From: Eledone cirrhosa
Taxonomy: Eukaryota
DNA length: 64,000 nucleotides
NCBI GenBank assembly: GCA_964016885.1
Contig: OZ024742.1
Coordinates: 310,124,001 to 310,188,000 of the forward strand
Reading direction: 5' to 3'
Part shown: positions 13,907-27,641 of the stretch, piece after piece
How the letters are laid out: each line of letters starts with the position of its first letter
Position numbering within the stretch: the first letter of the stretch is position 1
Position numbers and translations under genes: made by a program
The notes under the pieces: model-generated
What the model saw: only the letters and a program-made list of their open reading frames with translations
Databases searched by the model: none
Told to the model about the DNA's origin: nothing

Positions 13907-16900
13907 GTTCATCTGGTTTTATAATTTCACAAAGTTTTACCAATAGAGAGAGAGTCGGTTTCTAACATAGAAACAAGACTCTCTCATTGGAATTTACACA
14001 ACATCAACTAGGTATGTATGTATGTATGCATGCATGTGTAGATATGGATGTTATTGTATGTGTGGATATGTATGTTTTGAGTTGTATGTGTGCATGTGTA
14101 TATGCTTTGCATCTGTATATGTGTATATGCAGTTATTAGATGCAACATTTTTGGAATGTCTTACATATTTTTACTGTTCCATTAATGGATTGTACTTGTA
14201 ATTTCCTAACTAGTGTTCTTTCTGTTACTGTGAAGCCTAGCTTCTCAAGATTTGTATTGAGGCAGTTACTAACATATCCCAGTGCCCCACTAATCACAGG
14301 CATATATCTGAAGGTGTAATGAGGGTGGAGTATCTGCAGATTTCTCATCAGTTCTGCATAAATGTTCTCCTTTTCACTAATCTTTGATATTTTATTGGCA
14401 TCTGCTGGTCAGCTAATTTCCACTACTTGGATGCTTTTTTCTCCCTGTCCCATATCATAATATCTGGTCTGTTATGCCTGCATTTTATTGGGGTTTTTAC
14501 TGGAACATTCCACCAGTACTCTTTCATATTATGTACATGGATGTCTTCCACATTGCTGTAGCTTTTAATGTGTTTATTATCGAGGCTATCTTTTTTACGA
14601 ACTGCATTGTACAGTGTTTTGGCCACTACATCATGCCTCATAGGTAGATAGTACCGCGATGACATAATTGGACAGCTGCTGATGACATGGGTGGGTGATA
14701 TCCTCGATGTTAGAGGATATCACTTGTTAGAGTCTGCACTTGTTATCACATCTAGGTGTTTTGCCTGCATCCCTATCTCTTTTGTGAATCAGGTATTTCG
14801 TGCTAATCTCCTGTTCCTGCATTGCAAAAGCGTATGCTTCAAAGTGGGAGCCAATATAGCGGTTGTTGGTCTAAGATAGACTACTTTCAGTATCTATATT
14901 ACTATCTCTCTAGAGCTTCCTGGCAACATATCCATGCATGATTTTTTGCTGATAAGCATGCAGTTTTTCATCCATGGATTCACTGCGATACTGCTGAGCG
15001 ACTTCCCTGGGTGTGAGCTTTTGATTATCACACAGGGAATATCTCTCGAGGAGTTCCTTCCCAACTCTCATGATCTTATCTGTTTTATGCAGATAGACTT
15101 GCTCGAGAAACGGGCTCCTACTCTTCGAGTTCGTAGATGTTGTCGGAGAGATATGATGCGATATTCAAATGTTGTCTGGACTGATGTTAGGCCTCTGCCT
15201 CCCTGCTTACGTTTCAAGTAAAGGCGGTCTATGTCATTGTTGCTCTGGAAGTTTCCGGTGTTGTTCAGTATTTTTCGAGTTCCAACATCAACTGCTCGGA
15301 TTTCGTCTATCATCCAATTGAGTATTCCAAACGTTGGTATTAGGACAGGCACAGCAAACACATTATGAGCCACTGTTTTGTTTTGCGCAGAGAGTTCCGA
15401 TGACCAGATCTTTCTTAATTGGGTGTAGTATTCCTTGGTTACGTTTCTTTATTACAGATACCATTATAGGATATGTTCTCATCTATCCCCAGGTATCTGT
15501 AGCAGTCTTCATCAGATATCGGTGAAACAGTTAGGCCATTGATGACAATGTTGCTAGATTGGGTTGTTGTTTTCCCCCGCTTTACAGTCATGTATGAGCA
15601 TTTATCTTGGCCAAACTCCATTCCTATATCCTTTGAGAACGTTGTAACCAGGTTAAGATTTTTCTTCATCCCATCCATGTTCTTGGCATAGAGTTTCAGA
15701 TCGTCCACAAAGAAATTATGGGTTAGGTTCGTATTTCTGTCTTCCTGTGAGCCAATGATGTATCCCTCACATTTCTTGAGCAGAAAGGACAAGGGGTTTA
15801 ATGACAAGATGAATAATATCACAGAGAGACTGTCCTGCTGAAATATACCCCTGCAATATTTTATTTTATCAGTGAAAATATTGTCCTCCCTCTCTGTCTT
15901 TAACCTTAGGATAGTAGCCCAAGAAGAAGAGCCTCTCTATGGCTCTGACAATAATGTCTGGGACTTTAGCAAGTTGGAGGGCCTCTATTATCCAAGAGTG
16001 GGTAACTGAATCAAATGCTTTCCTGTAGTCCAGCCACACTGTAATCATATTCCTCCTAAGTTGACGCACCTCCGACATCGCAGTTTTGTTGATTAGGAGT
16101 TGTTCAGCACATCCCCAAACCCCTTTCTTTCCAGCTGCTTGTTCATCTATGATGATGTTATTATTTTCACAGTGATCTTGGAGGAATAGGTTCAGGCAGG
16201 CTGTATACATCTTATACATCAGGTTCTGGCATGCAATGGGTCGGTAGTTTTTTGCCAAGTGGGTGTCTTTGTTCTTGGGGACCAGTAACGTTTGTGCTAA
16301 TGTCAACCATTCTGGTATAAGTGTATCTCCTTTAAGAACTTGCTGGTAGAGGTCAGTAAGATACCTCCGATAGAATATAATTTTTTTGTACCAGTAGCCG
16401 ACAATCATGTCTCTTCCTGGTGTTTTTTATCTTGGAGTTTTCCTATCACAGTCTCAAGGGTACCCTCACTTATTTCGTATGTTTTTGTTGTAGTGTAGGA
16501 GCAATAGTTCTTTCAGGGTTTCTCTTAGCCACACTGCATCTTGCTTGAAATTCTTCTTTTCACCCCATATTTTGCTCCAAAAGGAATCTATGTCATTCTG
16601 AGATGGGGCCTCAGTGACACTTATTATTTGTTCTTCATATCTCTATAGACTGATGTTTGGTTTCGTCTGAATCTTTTATTAAGCACTTTTCTCTTATCTA
16701 CAGGTATCGGCGTTTTTCGCTAACAGCTCTCAATTCTTGTTTGAGGGTGATCAGCTTATATTGGGGAGTTCTGGTTCTACTGTTACCAAACATCGTCTCT
16801 ATTTTATTTTTCACTCTTTGTTGGTGAGGAGTGAGGTTTTTTTGTGTTTGTTTGCATGTAAGGAGCATTGTCACATATCCTATGTTTTTTCGTAGGTCAG

Positions 16901-18012
16901 CAATCATTTTTTCTATTTTAGTTATATATTATGGTATTTTTGGTGGTGTTTTGTTCTCGTTAATATCTCTGCTATCACCAAGATAATGCTTCACTGTCAT
17001 TGCTAAGGCATATAGACAGGTGTTGATTTGCCAAAATGTTGGGGTTTTTATCCGTCGTAAATATTCATCCCCTATTTCGTCAATAACACGTAATATTTAA
17101 TTATTTGGTTTTTTATTCAACATTGTTGTTTTAACACGTTCAGCAAGAGAGATATTTATACACGAGTTAATTTCTCTCTGGAAGATTTCATTGTGGGAAA
17201 TTTTCAATTGTTTATACTTTTGATTTTCATTATCGATAGTATTTTCCACAATAGTCGAGGTAGACTCGGATGGTACACGTGGTGTCAAATTTTTTCGATT
17301 ATTATTATTATCGATAGTGTTTTCCCGAGCATTCGAGGTAGTCTTAGATGGTAGAGGTGGTAACAAGTTTCTTACAGACATAGTTGTTTCAAGACGTTGT
17401 TCGACCTGGCTGCTAGCAAGTCTAGTAGCATGGCGACCTGTAGCACGTGTTGTTGATAACATGTTTGTTGTGGGGGACTTACAATTAATAATATTTATTT
17501 TATTTTTACGTTCAACAAACGTCGCTTGTTGGCGTAATTGTTTCGCTGTGAAATAATTAAGCTCTGGGTGCATTTCGTCCCAGTGTAGCTTCATTCTATT
17601 CATATAGCCAATGGAGGGATTGTTTTTTGCCATTTTATAACAATTAAATAAATCATTATTAAGTTCGCAATTCCAAGAGAAATGCGATTTATAATTTCGG
17701 TTTCTTCTATAGCTACAACTGAATAAAGTTTGATTACCTTGCTTGTTATTTGTCTTCGGTACTTCCTTAATTTTTTTGTTGATGTTGTGTTCAGCCATGC
17801 TATTTGTAGCAAATCCTTGTAAAATGAGTAATGTATTTAGTCGGATATCTCTACGAATTTGATTAAAAGGTGTCTTCAGAAGATATAGTTAGAAGAATAA
17901 CCAGTTATTCAACCTGAGTGAAGTTGTGGCATTACTGTCGGAGATAGTATTCATCTTAAATTTAATAAATAGTCTCCCACGCCAAAATATGCGACTGATC
18001 GCGTTGACTGTC
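13907..18012 (-). mobile_element. Near full-length, frameshifted R4/Dong-like non-LTR retrotransposon (RT + CCHC + RLE)
   Basis: Successive minus-strand ORFs contain YRPIACQNLMYK, WLDYRKAFDSV, GIFQ.DSLS, FFVDD, YRYLG, RLYLKRKQGGRGL, RHD and HNRPDI. The N-terminal ORF starts at 17798. Confidence 0.92.
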
Positions 18013-18979
18013 TATGTATGTATGTATGTATGTGTGTGTATATATACATGATTTTAGTCCTTAATCTATATTCGTTTTATTTTATATATATATATATATA
18101 TATTTATATTTTTGCATTAAAGAATTATTGTTTGTGTGAGAGTGGGTGTGAAAGTTTCACGTGCGTTATTGCAAATGCCCGTGTTGTACATATTTCGGAA
18201 TTTACATAAATACATATATGCGTTTGCATGTCCACTTTTTTGGTGTGTGTATATATTTATAGTGAATTAGCAATTCTGTATCCAGTAATGTTTATGTGCG
18301 TACATGTGTTCATATATTTGTATATATTGGCATTAGTGAGGAAATGGGGTCTTGGGCATCCTCATTTTCATTTCCGGAAGGAGTCGAAGGAAACTGTTAA
18401 GTAGGGGATTTTTGTAGAAAATATAGGGCACTTCTGAGATTTAAAAAAAATTTCAATATGTCAGTCAGCATGTCTGCTTATTCCCTCTCAAAATTCTCTC
18501 TATCCCTTCCCATCTCTCTCTCTCTTTAAATAAAAGAAGGTGCCACAGTGTTTAACTAATTGCAGACATATGTAATTTCCTCTTTGAGATTTTTTGTTCT
18601 TAAAATTTTATGGTAAATTCTATAAAATTTGAAAAATATAATCAAACAAAACAATCACAAATACCATAAAAATAATATAAAACGCCCAATAACATTAAAT
18701 AGCTGTGTCAAAATTAACAGTATAATTGGTGGTACCCGGAGCTCAAGTGCTGAGCTGAAGTCAGGCTACAATCTAATTTAGAGAAGTTATGAACAGCACA
18801 CAATCTTGTACTTAGTTCCTATGCATTTGAAAAATTATGTCTGAATAAGAACACGATTTTTCATTGGCACCGAAAGGACAGGTCGTAGTATTAAACAGGT
18901 TGATGGATTAATCTACCAAGCTAGAAGACCAAACGGAACTTGAAGTTAGAACGTAATAAGATAAAACATATAACGCTGT

Positions 18980-19165
18980 AATAATTGTTTCTACTTTTGG
19001 CACAAGGCCAGCAATTACCCAATACATTACTGGTACTTTATTTTATCGACCCCGTAAGGATGAAAGGCAACGTTAACCTTAGAGGGATTTGAACTCAGAT
19101 CATAAAGGGACGTAACTATGCTGGAAAGCATGCCCGACCCTCTACCTATACTGCCAATTCACCTC
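18980..19165 (-). mobile_element. S1 SINE
   Basis: Same sequence family as 9116-9307. Confidence 0.85.
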
Positions 19166-19703
19166 CGATTAAATCGACTCCATTCAATGTGCTGTGAAAA
19201 AGTTTCTTTTGCCATTACATAGTTTCAGGCATAATACCACGGTGAGGTACCTCGAGGAAGAATTTTCTCCTATAATTTCGGATCGATTAATGGTCTGAGA
19301 GAGAAATTTGATAGACGGAACCGTGTGGAAGCCCACCGGACTGATCATTCCATTTCTCGGGTAGCGAATTTAATTCTTAGCCTAGTTTAATACCACCATC
19401 ATACGGGACAAGTCTACGACCAGAAGATACCTTTCTCTCTTCCTCCGATTAGCCTCAGAGTCCTTAACTAGATGTGGGTGCTGCCGTTCCTCTTCTAACT
19501 ATGTCATGTAAAAATTATATTATCCAATGTCTCTTCCTTCCCAAGGATGTTATTTGAGAGAAATTGGGCTGATATGTCTATCAGGTTGAACAACACAAAG
19601 GAGCACTATCGTGGGCTGAATATGACTATCACGACCTATACTGTGCCGAGGAAAGAATCAATAGCATTTACATCGTACCTACCGTTCATTACATTTAATA
19701 TAT

Positions 19704-19875
19704 AATTGCTTCTACTTTTGGCACAAGGCCAGCAATTACCCCAGTTCCTTACTGGTACTTTATTTCATCGACCCCGTAAGGAGGAAAGGCAAAGTTAACG
19801 TTGGTGGGATTTGAACTCAGACCCAGAGGGCTGTAATGAAATACTGCAATATATTTTGTTCTACACACTAACGGA
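19704..19875 (-). mobile_element. S1-type SINE
   Basis: Conserved 3' body; diverged head. Confidence 0.75.
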
Positions 19876-21479
19876 CTTGTGAATGAGGATTTTTCCTTTT
19901 GCAAAAATGTTTCTTGTGAATACCGGCCATGTCTATATATAGAAGTTAACTTCTCTAATACAGAAGAGTCTAGTTCAGTGTTTCTTGGATTCTAAGTTGA
20001 CCTATGTTGCCGCGAAAAGATTTTTGGTTTACAATTTTAGTAAAACTTTATAAAAATGTACTCTGTTTTTATTTCTCCAAAACAACGTTGGTTTTTCATA
20101 ATGTCTTATCAAATGACGTGGCTGGGGATTATCTGTAGAATATAGGAACGAGTTCCGTGATATTTGGAAAATCGTATAAGGTTTCCGCTACAAAATACGT
20201 TTGGGTACCACGGATGTTGCCTAACTGATACACGTAATAGAGCTAACGAGAGAGTCTCTATGTAGCCGATGGATTAGCGAAAAATAACAGCAGAGTCTCT
20301 TTCGTATCAAACGATACCACATTGGATAATGTGATCAAGGCTGCAATATATCTAAATATGGTTGTCATGTTCAAAGATAGAACACTTTTGATCATTGATT
20401 TGTTTAATAAGGGATAACCTGGTATCACACAAGAGCAACAACAGCAATATAAAGAACGTCGAAAATTACATGATCGCATACTTCAGTTGATCTCCTAACT
20501 TAGACGATTTGTTGATACAGGGTATTTTATTTAAACAAATTACTTTCACTGAAATAACTTTACTGATTTTTTTTTACTCCGTTGTTGCTTTAAGTAAACA
20601 ACACAAAGAAAATTAAAATAAAAAATATATGTCTTCAGTTAGTTGTCGTTTCGCTCAGTTCAAATATCTTTAGTTAGTTATCATTGTAAAAAAATATATC
20701 TTTGGTTATCGTTTGGCCCAATAAAAATTGAGCGGAAAGTAAAAGGCGAATAAAAATATAAAAGTAAAGTAAATGAATACAAAAACCAAAGTAAATAGGT
20801 TTTTAGATCTAGAACGATCTGTCTGTGCTGAATTTAATATTTCGCCTTGAAAACTGTCACCAATGTGTGAAATACTTTACCTAGAGTTTAATCTCTATGC
20901 ACAGATTTATGCGTTTTCTCGAAGAAAGCGAAACAAAACTGAACATTGATTTATAAAGCCATGTCACAAAATTGCTGCATTTAACCATCCATTTGAAGTT
21001 AATGGACTCTAGCTGGTGCCGTCTGTAATAACTGGTCGCCAGCATAGCGCTAAAATTTACATCTAAGCTAAACTGTTTACTAAGAGCAATTATAGATTAT
21101 GGAATAATTTTAAGCGCTGTAGGTAGTATAAAAGAACTGATTTTCTTTTTTTCTTCTTGTTCAGAAAGGGAAGTTATAATCCTTACGCTTGCATCCATTT
21201 AGGTGTTTTTTCGTTTTCTCTGCAAGAAACATACAGAGGCCTAGTGGAAATCACGTCAAGACTAGCTCAAGAATGCCACACCCACATAAATACCTCTAAA
21301 TATATAGTAAAATCATCTGATATGTACTATGTTTCAAATCGATATTAAAATGAATAACCGAATTCATAAAAATTATAATTTCAATAACCAGGAAACAAAA
21401 AAAGAAAGAAAGAAAGGAAAATGAGAAAAAAGAGTAAGAAAAAAGAAGTAACGGACGAAAAGGAGGGGGAGCAAAAACC

Positions 21480-21720
21480 TACACCACAGTCTAAGCGGTA
21501 TTCCAGGTATTGCCGCAGAGAATGACCAGCCACACAACTCATCGGCTCCTTCCTCAGGTGAGCTGTCTTTCTGATTTTACGAGGGAAATAAACAGTGCGG
21601 AGACCGAGGACACATGAGGCCTCAACGGAGACCGATACGAAATTGAAGCGGTCGGAAAAGCCGCGTTATTTAGTTATCTTCCTCTTCTCTGCTTTGCGGG
21701 CAGTGGTGCCCAGATTAGAG
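21480..21720 (-). mobile_element. Second CRE-like RLE remnant
   Basis: Aligns on the same strand with 130-330 (ggctccttc..cag.tg.gctg, attttacg, gcgg.cgga.aa.ccgcgttattt). Confidence 0.55.
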
Positions 21721-22400
21721 ATTTACCTCCCTTGAATGGGAAGAGGGCCAAAACATTCTAAAAAATGTGTCCAATGTTAATTATGAATTTAATGCATTTA
21801 GTTCGTAAGTAAATTTCTTGAAGCTAATATGCACGTTATTATAGTGGAACACGAGGAAAGGGAATAGGCAGAATTGTTAGAGCATCCGATGAAATGCTTG
21901 TGATCTTTATTTACGTACGTTCTGCATTAAAATGCCTTTAATTCTTTATTTGTAACTGATAAAATAAAATAGTAATCGAGTCCTGGACTCAACATAATCG
22001 GCAGCCCACTCTCTGCCTAATTTCCGACCTTGTGTCAAAGGTAGAAATAATTATCAATCATAATAATACGCCATGTGTATACTCTCTAGGTCTTTAACAC
22101 TTCAAAATTTACACAAACAAAAATACACATATCTCAATCATATTGCTACAAGTTCGCTTCCCCCCCCCCCAAAAAAAATAGGTTTTGTGTTCTAAACACT
22201 ACATTTGTCCCTGTAAATAGTTATTTATCCAAAGTTACTCACACATTTATTCCTGACGATCATTTGTACATATATACTGAAAATTTGTGTAATTATTTTC
22301 TAGAAATAAATTAAAATGTCATTCTTATCTTTAATCACTTCCACGTGTCAGTAATCAACATAAACTACAGAACTTCATTTGCACAAACCATTAATCTATC

Positions 22401-22593
22401 CAGACCTGACAACCTCTAAAACCCAAACGGGGAGTACCATGAAAAAAACGCCCCAAAACGAGGAGAAATGAGGCAAAATAAGGAGATTTTACATAATGAC
22501 AGCTATACCCATTTTCACAAGAGAAGACATCTTTCACCTACCCCAAAGAGGGTGGGAGATCTTTCCGTCCGACGGGGAGAGTTGACAGGTCTG
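22401..22593. mobile_element. ~195-bp MITE, family M1 (TIR CAGACCTGNCAAC; hAT-like)
   Basis: CAGACCTGACAAC...GTTGACAGGTCTG. Other copies at 8087-8206, 23419-23610, 42991-43393 and 44705-44899. Confidence 0.85.
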
Positions 22594-22686
22594 AATTATC
22601 AAAACGTAAATTTTTCCATGATTTGTTCGTATTTCCAACAAGAAAGGTATTTATGATATAAAGAATCTGGACTCAAAAATTATGTA

Positions 22687-22854
22687 CCGTATTTCTCGGT
22701 GTCGAAGACGCTACTTTTTTTCTAAAATAAGTCTCAGAAGTCTACCATGCGTCTTGGAGGCCGAAGGTTGTTTATTATTTTTTTTCAAATATTTGGTTGT
22801 CAAAGTTATGGTGCGTCCTCGAGGACGAAGCGTTTTCGCCGTCAGGAAATACGA
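22687..22854. mobile_element. pogo/Tc1-like MITE
   Basis: TA|CCGTATTTC ... GAAATACGA|TA. Confidence 0.6.
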
Positions 22855-23210
22855 TATACACTACTCTATTAACGTTATTATTGGCGACCACAGTAGAAGG
22901 TGGTGGACTGTTTAATTCGCTAGGATCATCGAATTAAATATGATCAACTATTTATTCCGACTCACTAAACTGAATTCAAATCCCGCCGAGGTCAGCTTTG
23001 ACTTTCATATTTTCGAGGTTGATAAACAAAGTACCCGTATTGGAGTTGTTTTTATTTTCACTTTATTACTTTCGCCCACACTCTTTCTTTCGCTGGAAGA
23101 AATAGGTTGCGTTCCGACTTAGAGAATGATTGGTTCCACCAGGTTCAATATGCTCAAGTCACGACGTGTGTCTGGGTTACATTCTTACGATTTCATTTGT
23201 TTCACTTAAA

Positions 23211-23392
23211 ATAATTGTTTCTACTTTTGGCATAAGGCCAGCAATTATCCCAGTGTATTACTGGTGCTTTATTTTATCGACTCCGTAAGGATGAAAGGCA
23301 AAGTTAACCTCGGCGGGATTTAAACTCAGACCATAAAGGGCCGTAACTCTTTGCTGCAAAGCATGGCGTCAGACCCTCTACCGATACTGCCA
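23211..23392 (-). mobile_element. S1 SINE with TSD TTAAAATAAT
   Basis: Full head and body; duplicated flank. Confidence 0.88.
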
Positions 23393-23418
23393 TTAAAATA
23401 ATAAAGCAATAATAGTCA

Positions 23419-23610
23419 CAGAACTGCCGACCTCTAAAATTCTAAATGGGAAGTACCATGAATAAAAGTGCCCCAAAACGGGGAGAAATTAGATAAAATG
23501 AGGAGATTTTTCACAATGAAAGCTATACCCATTTTCACAAAAGAAATCTCTCACTCAACCCAAAAGCTATTGCTACTCTCCCCATCGGACAAGGAGAGTT
23601 GACAGGTCTG
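23419..23610. mobile_element. M1 MITE
   Basis: Homologous to 22401-22593. Confidence 0.8.
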
Positions 23611-24090
23611 TAGTTGACAGTTTCTACAGTCATATCTGTAACAAATCTTAAATATTCGGTCAAATCGGTTTCATCTAAATGACGCAGTTAGTAACCACAT
23701 TCTTTTTCATTCGAATGACGTGGCTAGAGATATTTATTTTCTGTTGATATTGTTTTTGTCAAAGGTATATATTAATAAAGGATTAGTCTTATTTACTTAA
23801 GCAATGATTGAATTTTGAGCTCAGCACTGAATGTTCATTAGACAGATATCCTGCTGTTAGCATCGATACATATTTACAGCATTTGATACCTACTTACAGT
23901 TAAGTGGATTGTGTCACACAAACAGAAAGTGTGTGTATGTGTGTGTGCTGTGTCTGTGTCTGTGTGTATGAGAAAGAAAGAGAGAGGGAGGAAGAGAGTG
24001 GGTGATAGATATACGAAAACTCATAAACAGTCACGAGCACATGCAAACAACCGTATCTATGTGTATGTATGTATGTATGTATGTATGCAT

Positions 24091-25405
24091 GTTCTTCTGG
24101 TTTTATAATTTCACAAAGTTTTACCAATAGAGAGAGAGTCGGTTTCTAACATAGACACAGGACTCTCTCATTGGAATTTACACAACATCAACTAGGTAGA
24201 TATGTATGTATGCATGCATGCATGTGAAGATATGGATGTTATTGTATGTGTGGATGTGTATGTTTTTAGTTGTATGTGTGTATGTGTATATGTAGTTATT
24301 AGATGCAAAATTTTAGGAATGTTTTACATATTTTTACTGTTTCATTAATGGATTGTACTTGTAGTTTCCTAACTAGTTGTGTTCTTTCTGTTACTGTGAA
24401 GCCTAGCTTCTCAAGATTTGTATTGAGGCAGTTACTAACATACTCCAGTACCCCAATAATCACAGGCATAAATCTGAAGGTGTAATGAGGGTGGAGTATC
24501 TGCAGATTTCTCATCAGTTCTGCATAACTATTATCCTTTTCACTAATCTTTGATATTATATTGGCATCAGCTGGGCAGCTAATTTCCACAATTGTGCATG
24601 CTTTCTTCTCCCTGTCCCATATAATATCTGGTCTGTTATGCCTGCATTTTATTGGGGTTTTTACTGGAACATTCCACCAGTACTCTTTCATATTACGTAT
24701 ATGTATGTCTTCCACATAGCTGTAGCTTTTAATGTTTATTATCGGGGCTATCCTTTCTACGGATTGCATCGTACATTGTTTTGGCCACTACATCATGCCT
24801 CATAGGTAGATAGTACCGCGATGACATCTTTGGACAGCTGCTTATGACATGGGTGATATCCTCGATGTTAATTATGCAGAGTCTGCACTTGTTATCACAT
24901 CTAGGTGTTTTTCCTGCATCCCTATCGCTTTTGTGAATCAGGTATTTCTTGTTGATTTCCAGTTCTTGGATTGCAAAAGCGTATCCTTCAAAGTGGGAGC
25001 CAATATAGCGGTTGTTGGTCGAAGATAGACTACTTTCCTTATCTATATTACTCTCTCTCATCCATGGATTCACTGCGATACTGCTGAGCGACTTCCCTGG
25101 GGAATATCAGGGAATATCTTTTGAGGAGTTCCTCTCATGATCTTATCTGTTTCATGCAGATAAACTTGTTCGAGGCTCGAGGTTCGCAGATGTTGTCGGA
25201 GAGATATGATGCGACATTCAAATGCTGTCTGGACTGATGTTAGGCCTCTGCCTCCCTGCTTACGTTTCAAGTAAAGGCGGTCTATGTCACTATTAATGTG
25301 GAAGTTTCCGGTGTTGTTTAGTATTTTTCGAGTTCTAACATCAAGTGCTCGGATTTCGTCTATCGTCCAATTGAGCATTCCAAACGTTAGTGTTAGGACA
25401 GGCAC
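24091..25405 (-). mobile_element. 5'-truncated copy of the R4/Dong-like family at 13907
   Basis: Same 3' UTR and end. Encodes CRLC..EDITHVISSC, RHD, HNRPDII..VEIS..K. Flanked by TATG repeats. Confidence 0.92.
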
Positions 25406-25426
25406 ATATGTATGCACGTATGTATC

Positions 25427-26510
25427 TTATCTCTTTCTCTTAATTTCGAGTATATTTTTTTGACCGGCCACCTTCCTGGTGGCAAGGTTGTAAAAGATAA
25501 GAAATTGTCATCCCTTGAATCGCAAGAATGTTTTGCAAATTTTGTAGGTGCCAGCTATCGCAGCCATTTGTAGACTATGAATTAGGGAGCTGCGCTCTTT
25601 GTCCGCAAATCCAAGTTCAGTCATACTTTGGTCCAAAGGGTTGGTATATAACCCTTAGCTCCAATAATGATGGGTATGAAGCTAAAGGTGTATCTTGGAT
25701 ACTGTATTTGTAAACTCCTCATCAATGGTCCGTAGATTTCCTCCTTCTCCTGTATTTTTCTGACAACGTTTACACAAGTGGGCAGCTGGTCTCCACAACA
25801 GAACACGTTTTCAATGTGTGGTCTCAAACAACAATATCAGGCCGGTTGTGCTTTAATTTGGTGGTAGTTTTTATTTTCAGGTTCCACCAGTATTCCTTAG
25901 TGCCATCTGTCTCAATATATTCTTCCTCGTTTGTTGTTAATTTTGTTTTCCGAAATGCGTTCCAGATGGTTCTAGCTATCCCATCGTGTCTCATGGGGAG
26001 GTAGTAGCAAGATGACATTCTTTCGCAGCTGGCAACAATGTGCCTTACATCCTCGATCTTTGTTTTACATAGCCTACATTTATTGTCAGCTGATGGCCCT
26101 CCCCTTTTTTGCAGCAGATATTTGGTAGGGAGTTCTTGTTCCTGTATTGCATAGAGATATCCCTCAAGGTGTGATGTCATAAACTTGTCGGAACTCCATG
26201 TCAGGCTTTTTGAGTGGTTTATCCCCCCCTATGGTCTGTGTTTTACGTCTCAAGTATCCATGCACAACTTTTTCTGTAAATTGGTCAATTTTTTCATCTT
26301 GTTTGAACATTGAATAGAATCTTCCGATTTCTCTGGGTGAGAGATTTATATCAGGCTTTATTCCATATCTCTCCCCCAGATCAGTCGCTATTCTAATGAT
26401 ATATTTTTTTTCCATGCTTATAAACCTGGGCAAGATGGTTGCCAACCTTTTTCCTCTGTTGAAGGTGTTGCTTCAGTGTTACTATCCGGGTCTCATATGA
26501 TGTTAATATG
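25427..26510 (-). mobile_element. 5'-truncated R4/Dong-like element of a second subfamily
   Basis: Encodes AIQEQELPTK, CRLCKTKIEDVRHIVASC, RHD, HNRPDIVV, EKEEIYG and IPIIIGAKG, with a different 3' UTR. Confidence 0.88.
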
Positions 26511-26515
26511 ATATG

Positions 26516-26546
<31 letters not shown>

Positions 26547-26969
26547 TGTATGTATGTATGTATGTATGTATGTATGTATGTATGTACACATTTTTCTTTT
26601 TTGCACATTTTTGGATGGCTGTTGACTCTTATGAGTTCTACCGCCCTTTCTAACATTTTGTCTTTTGTCCCGCAGGGTGTCCAAAATAACCTTCCTCACC
26701 AAGTAAACTTGGTGGGGTTGCTGGTTTAGTCGCCGACGATCCGACCATCCGACAGCTTGTTACCAGTAGCACTCAAGAGTGACCTGACATATATATGCAT
26801 GTGTATATATATATATACATGTATACAAGAATAAATATGGTTCTATAAATATAGTTTCCATTTATTTAATATCATTGAATATTATAGTCCAGAAAAACTG
26901 TCGAGTGCTCTGAATCAGTTTTAAACATTTATATTTGTTGAATTACCAACAAATTGAATATCCCTTCCG

Positions 26970-27046
<77 letters not shown>

Positions 27047-27559
27047 TTAAGGTTTAGTTTCTTTATTAATATCTCTGAAGTTGATTACGAATACAAAATG
27101 TTGAAATGGGGTTCTTCCGAAGAGTCTTTGGAGTAACGTTAGTCGATAGGGTGTGTCTCTCAGTCTTCAGGAAGTCGTTCCAGTTAGTGCTACTGCTTCA
27201 CCACATCGAAAGATCACAGCTTCAGTAATACAGACGTGTGAATGAATATATATATAACACACTCCCTGTTTGGTTGGTTTTTGTTTCTTTTTCTTTTATA
27301 TCTCCATAGTTAATTCATCTGGCAATCAATGTTTATCATTGATTGACTAACGGTAAAAAATGCAGAAATAAATACATATATATAGTCTAACAAAGTTCTT
27401 TCGTTGCACATCTGCAACATCATCAGTGGTACTATTATGTTTCCTCCTGTTGTATTGTATGTCTATAAAAATGGCGTAGAAGCTGTGATCTTTCGATGCG
27501 GTGAAGCAGTAGCACTAACTGGAACGACTTCCTGAAGTCAGAGTGACACACCCTATCGA

Positions 27560-27635
<76 letters not shown>

Positions 27636-27641
<6 letters not shown>

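Noticed and set aside
20030-20530. Possible hAT/THAP transposase remnant
   Set aside because: Only vague similarity across stop codons; not supportable.
27115-27180. CTGAAGA in the 27144/27480 inverted repeat as a hammerhead
   Set aside because: No GAAA box and no convincing stem II.
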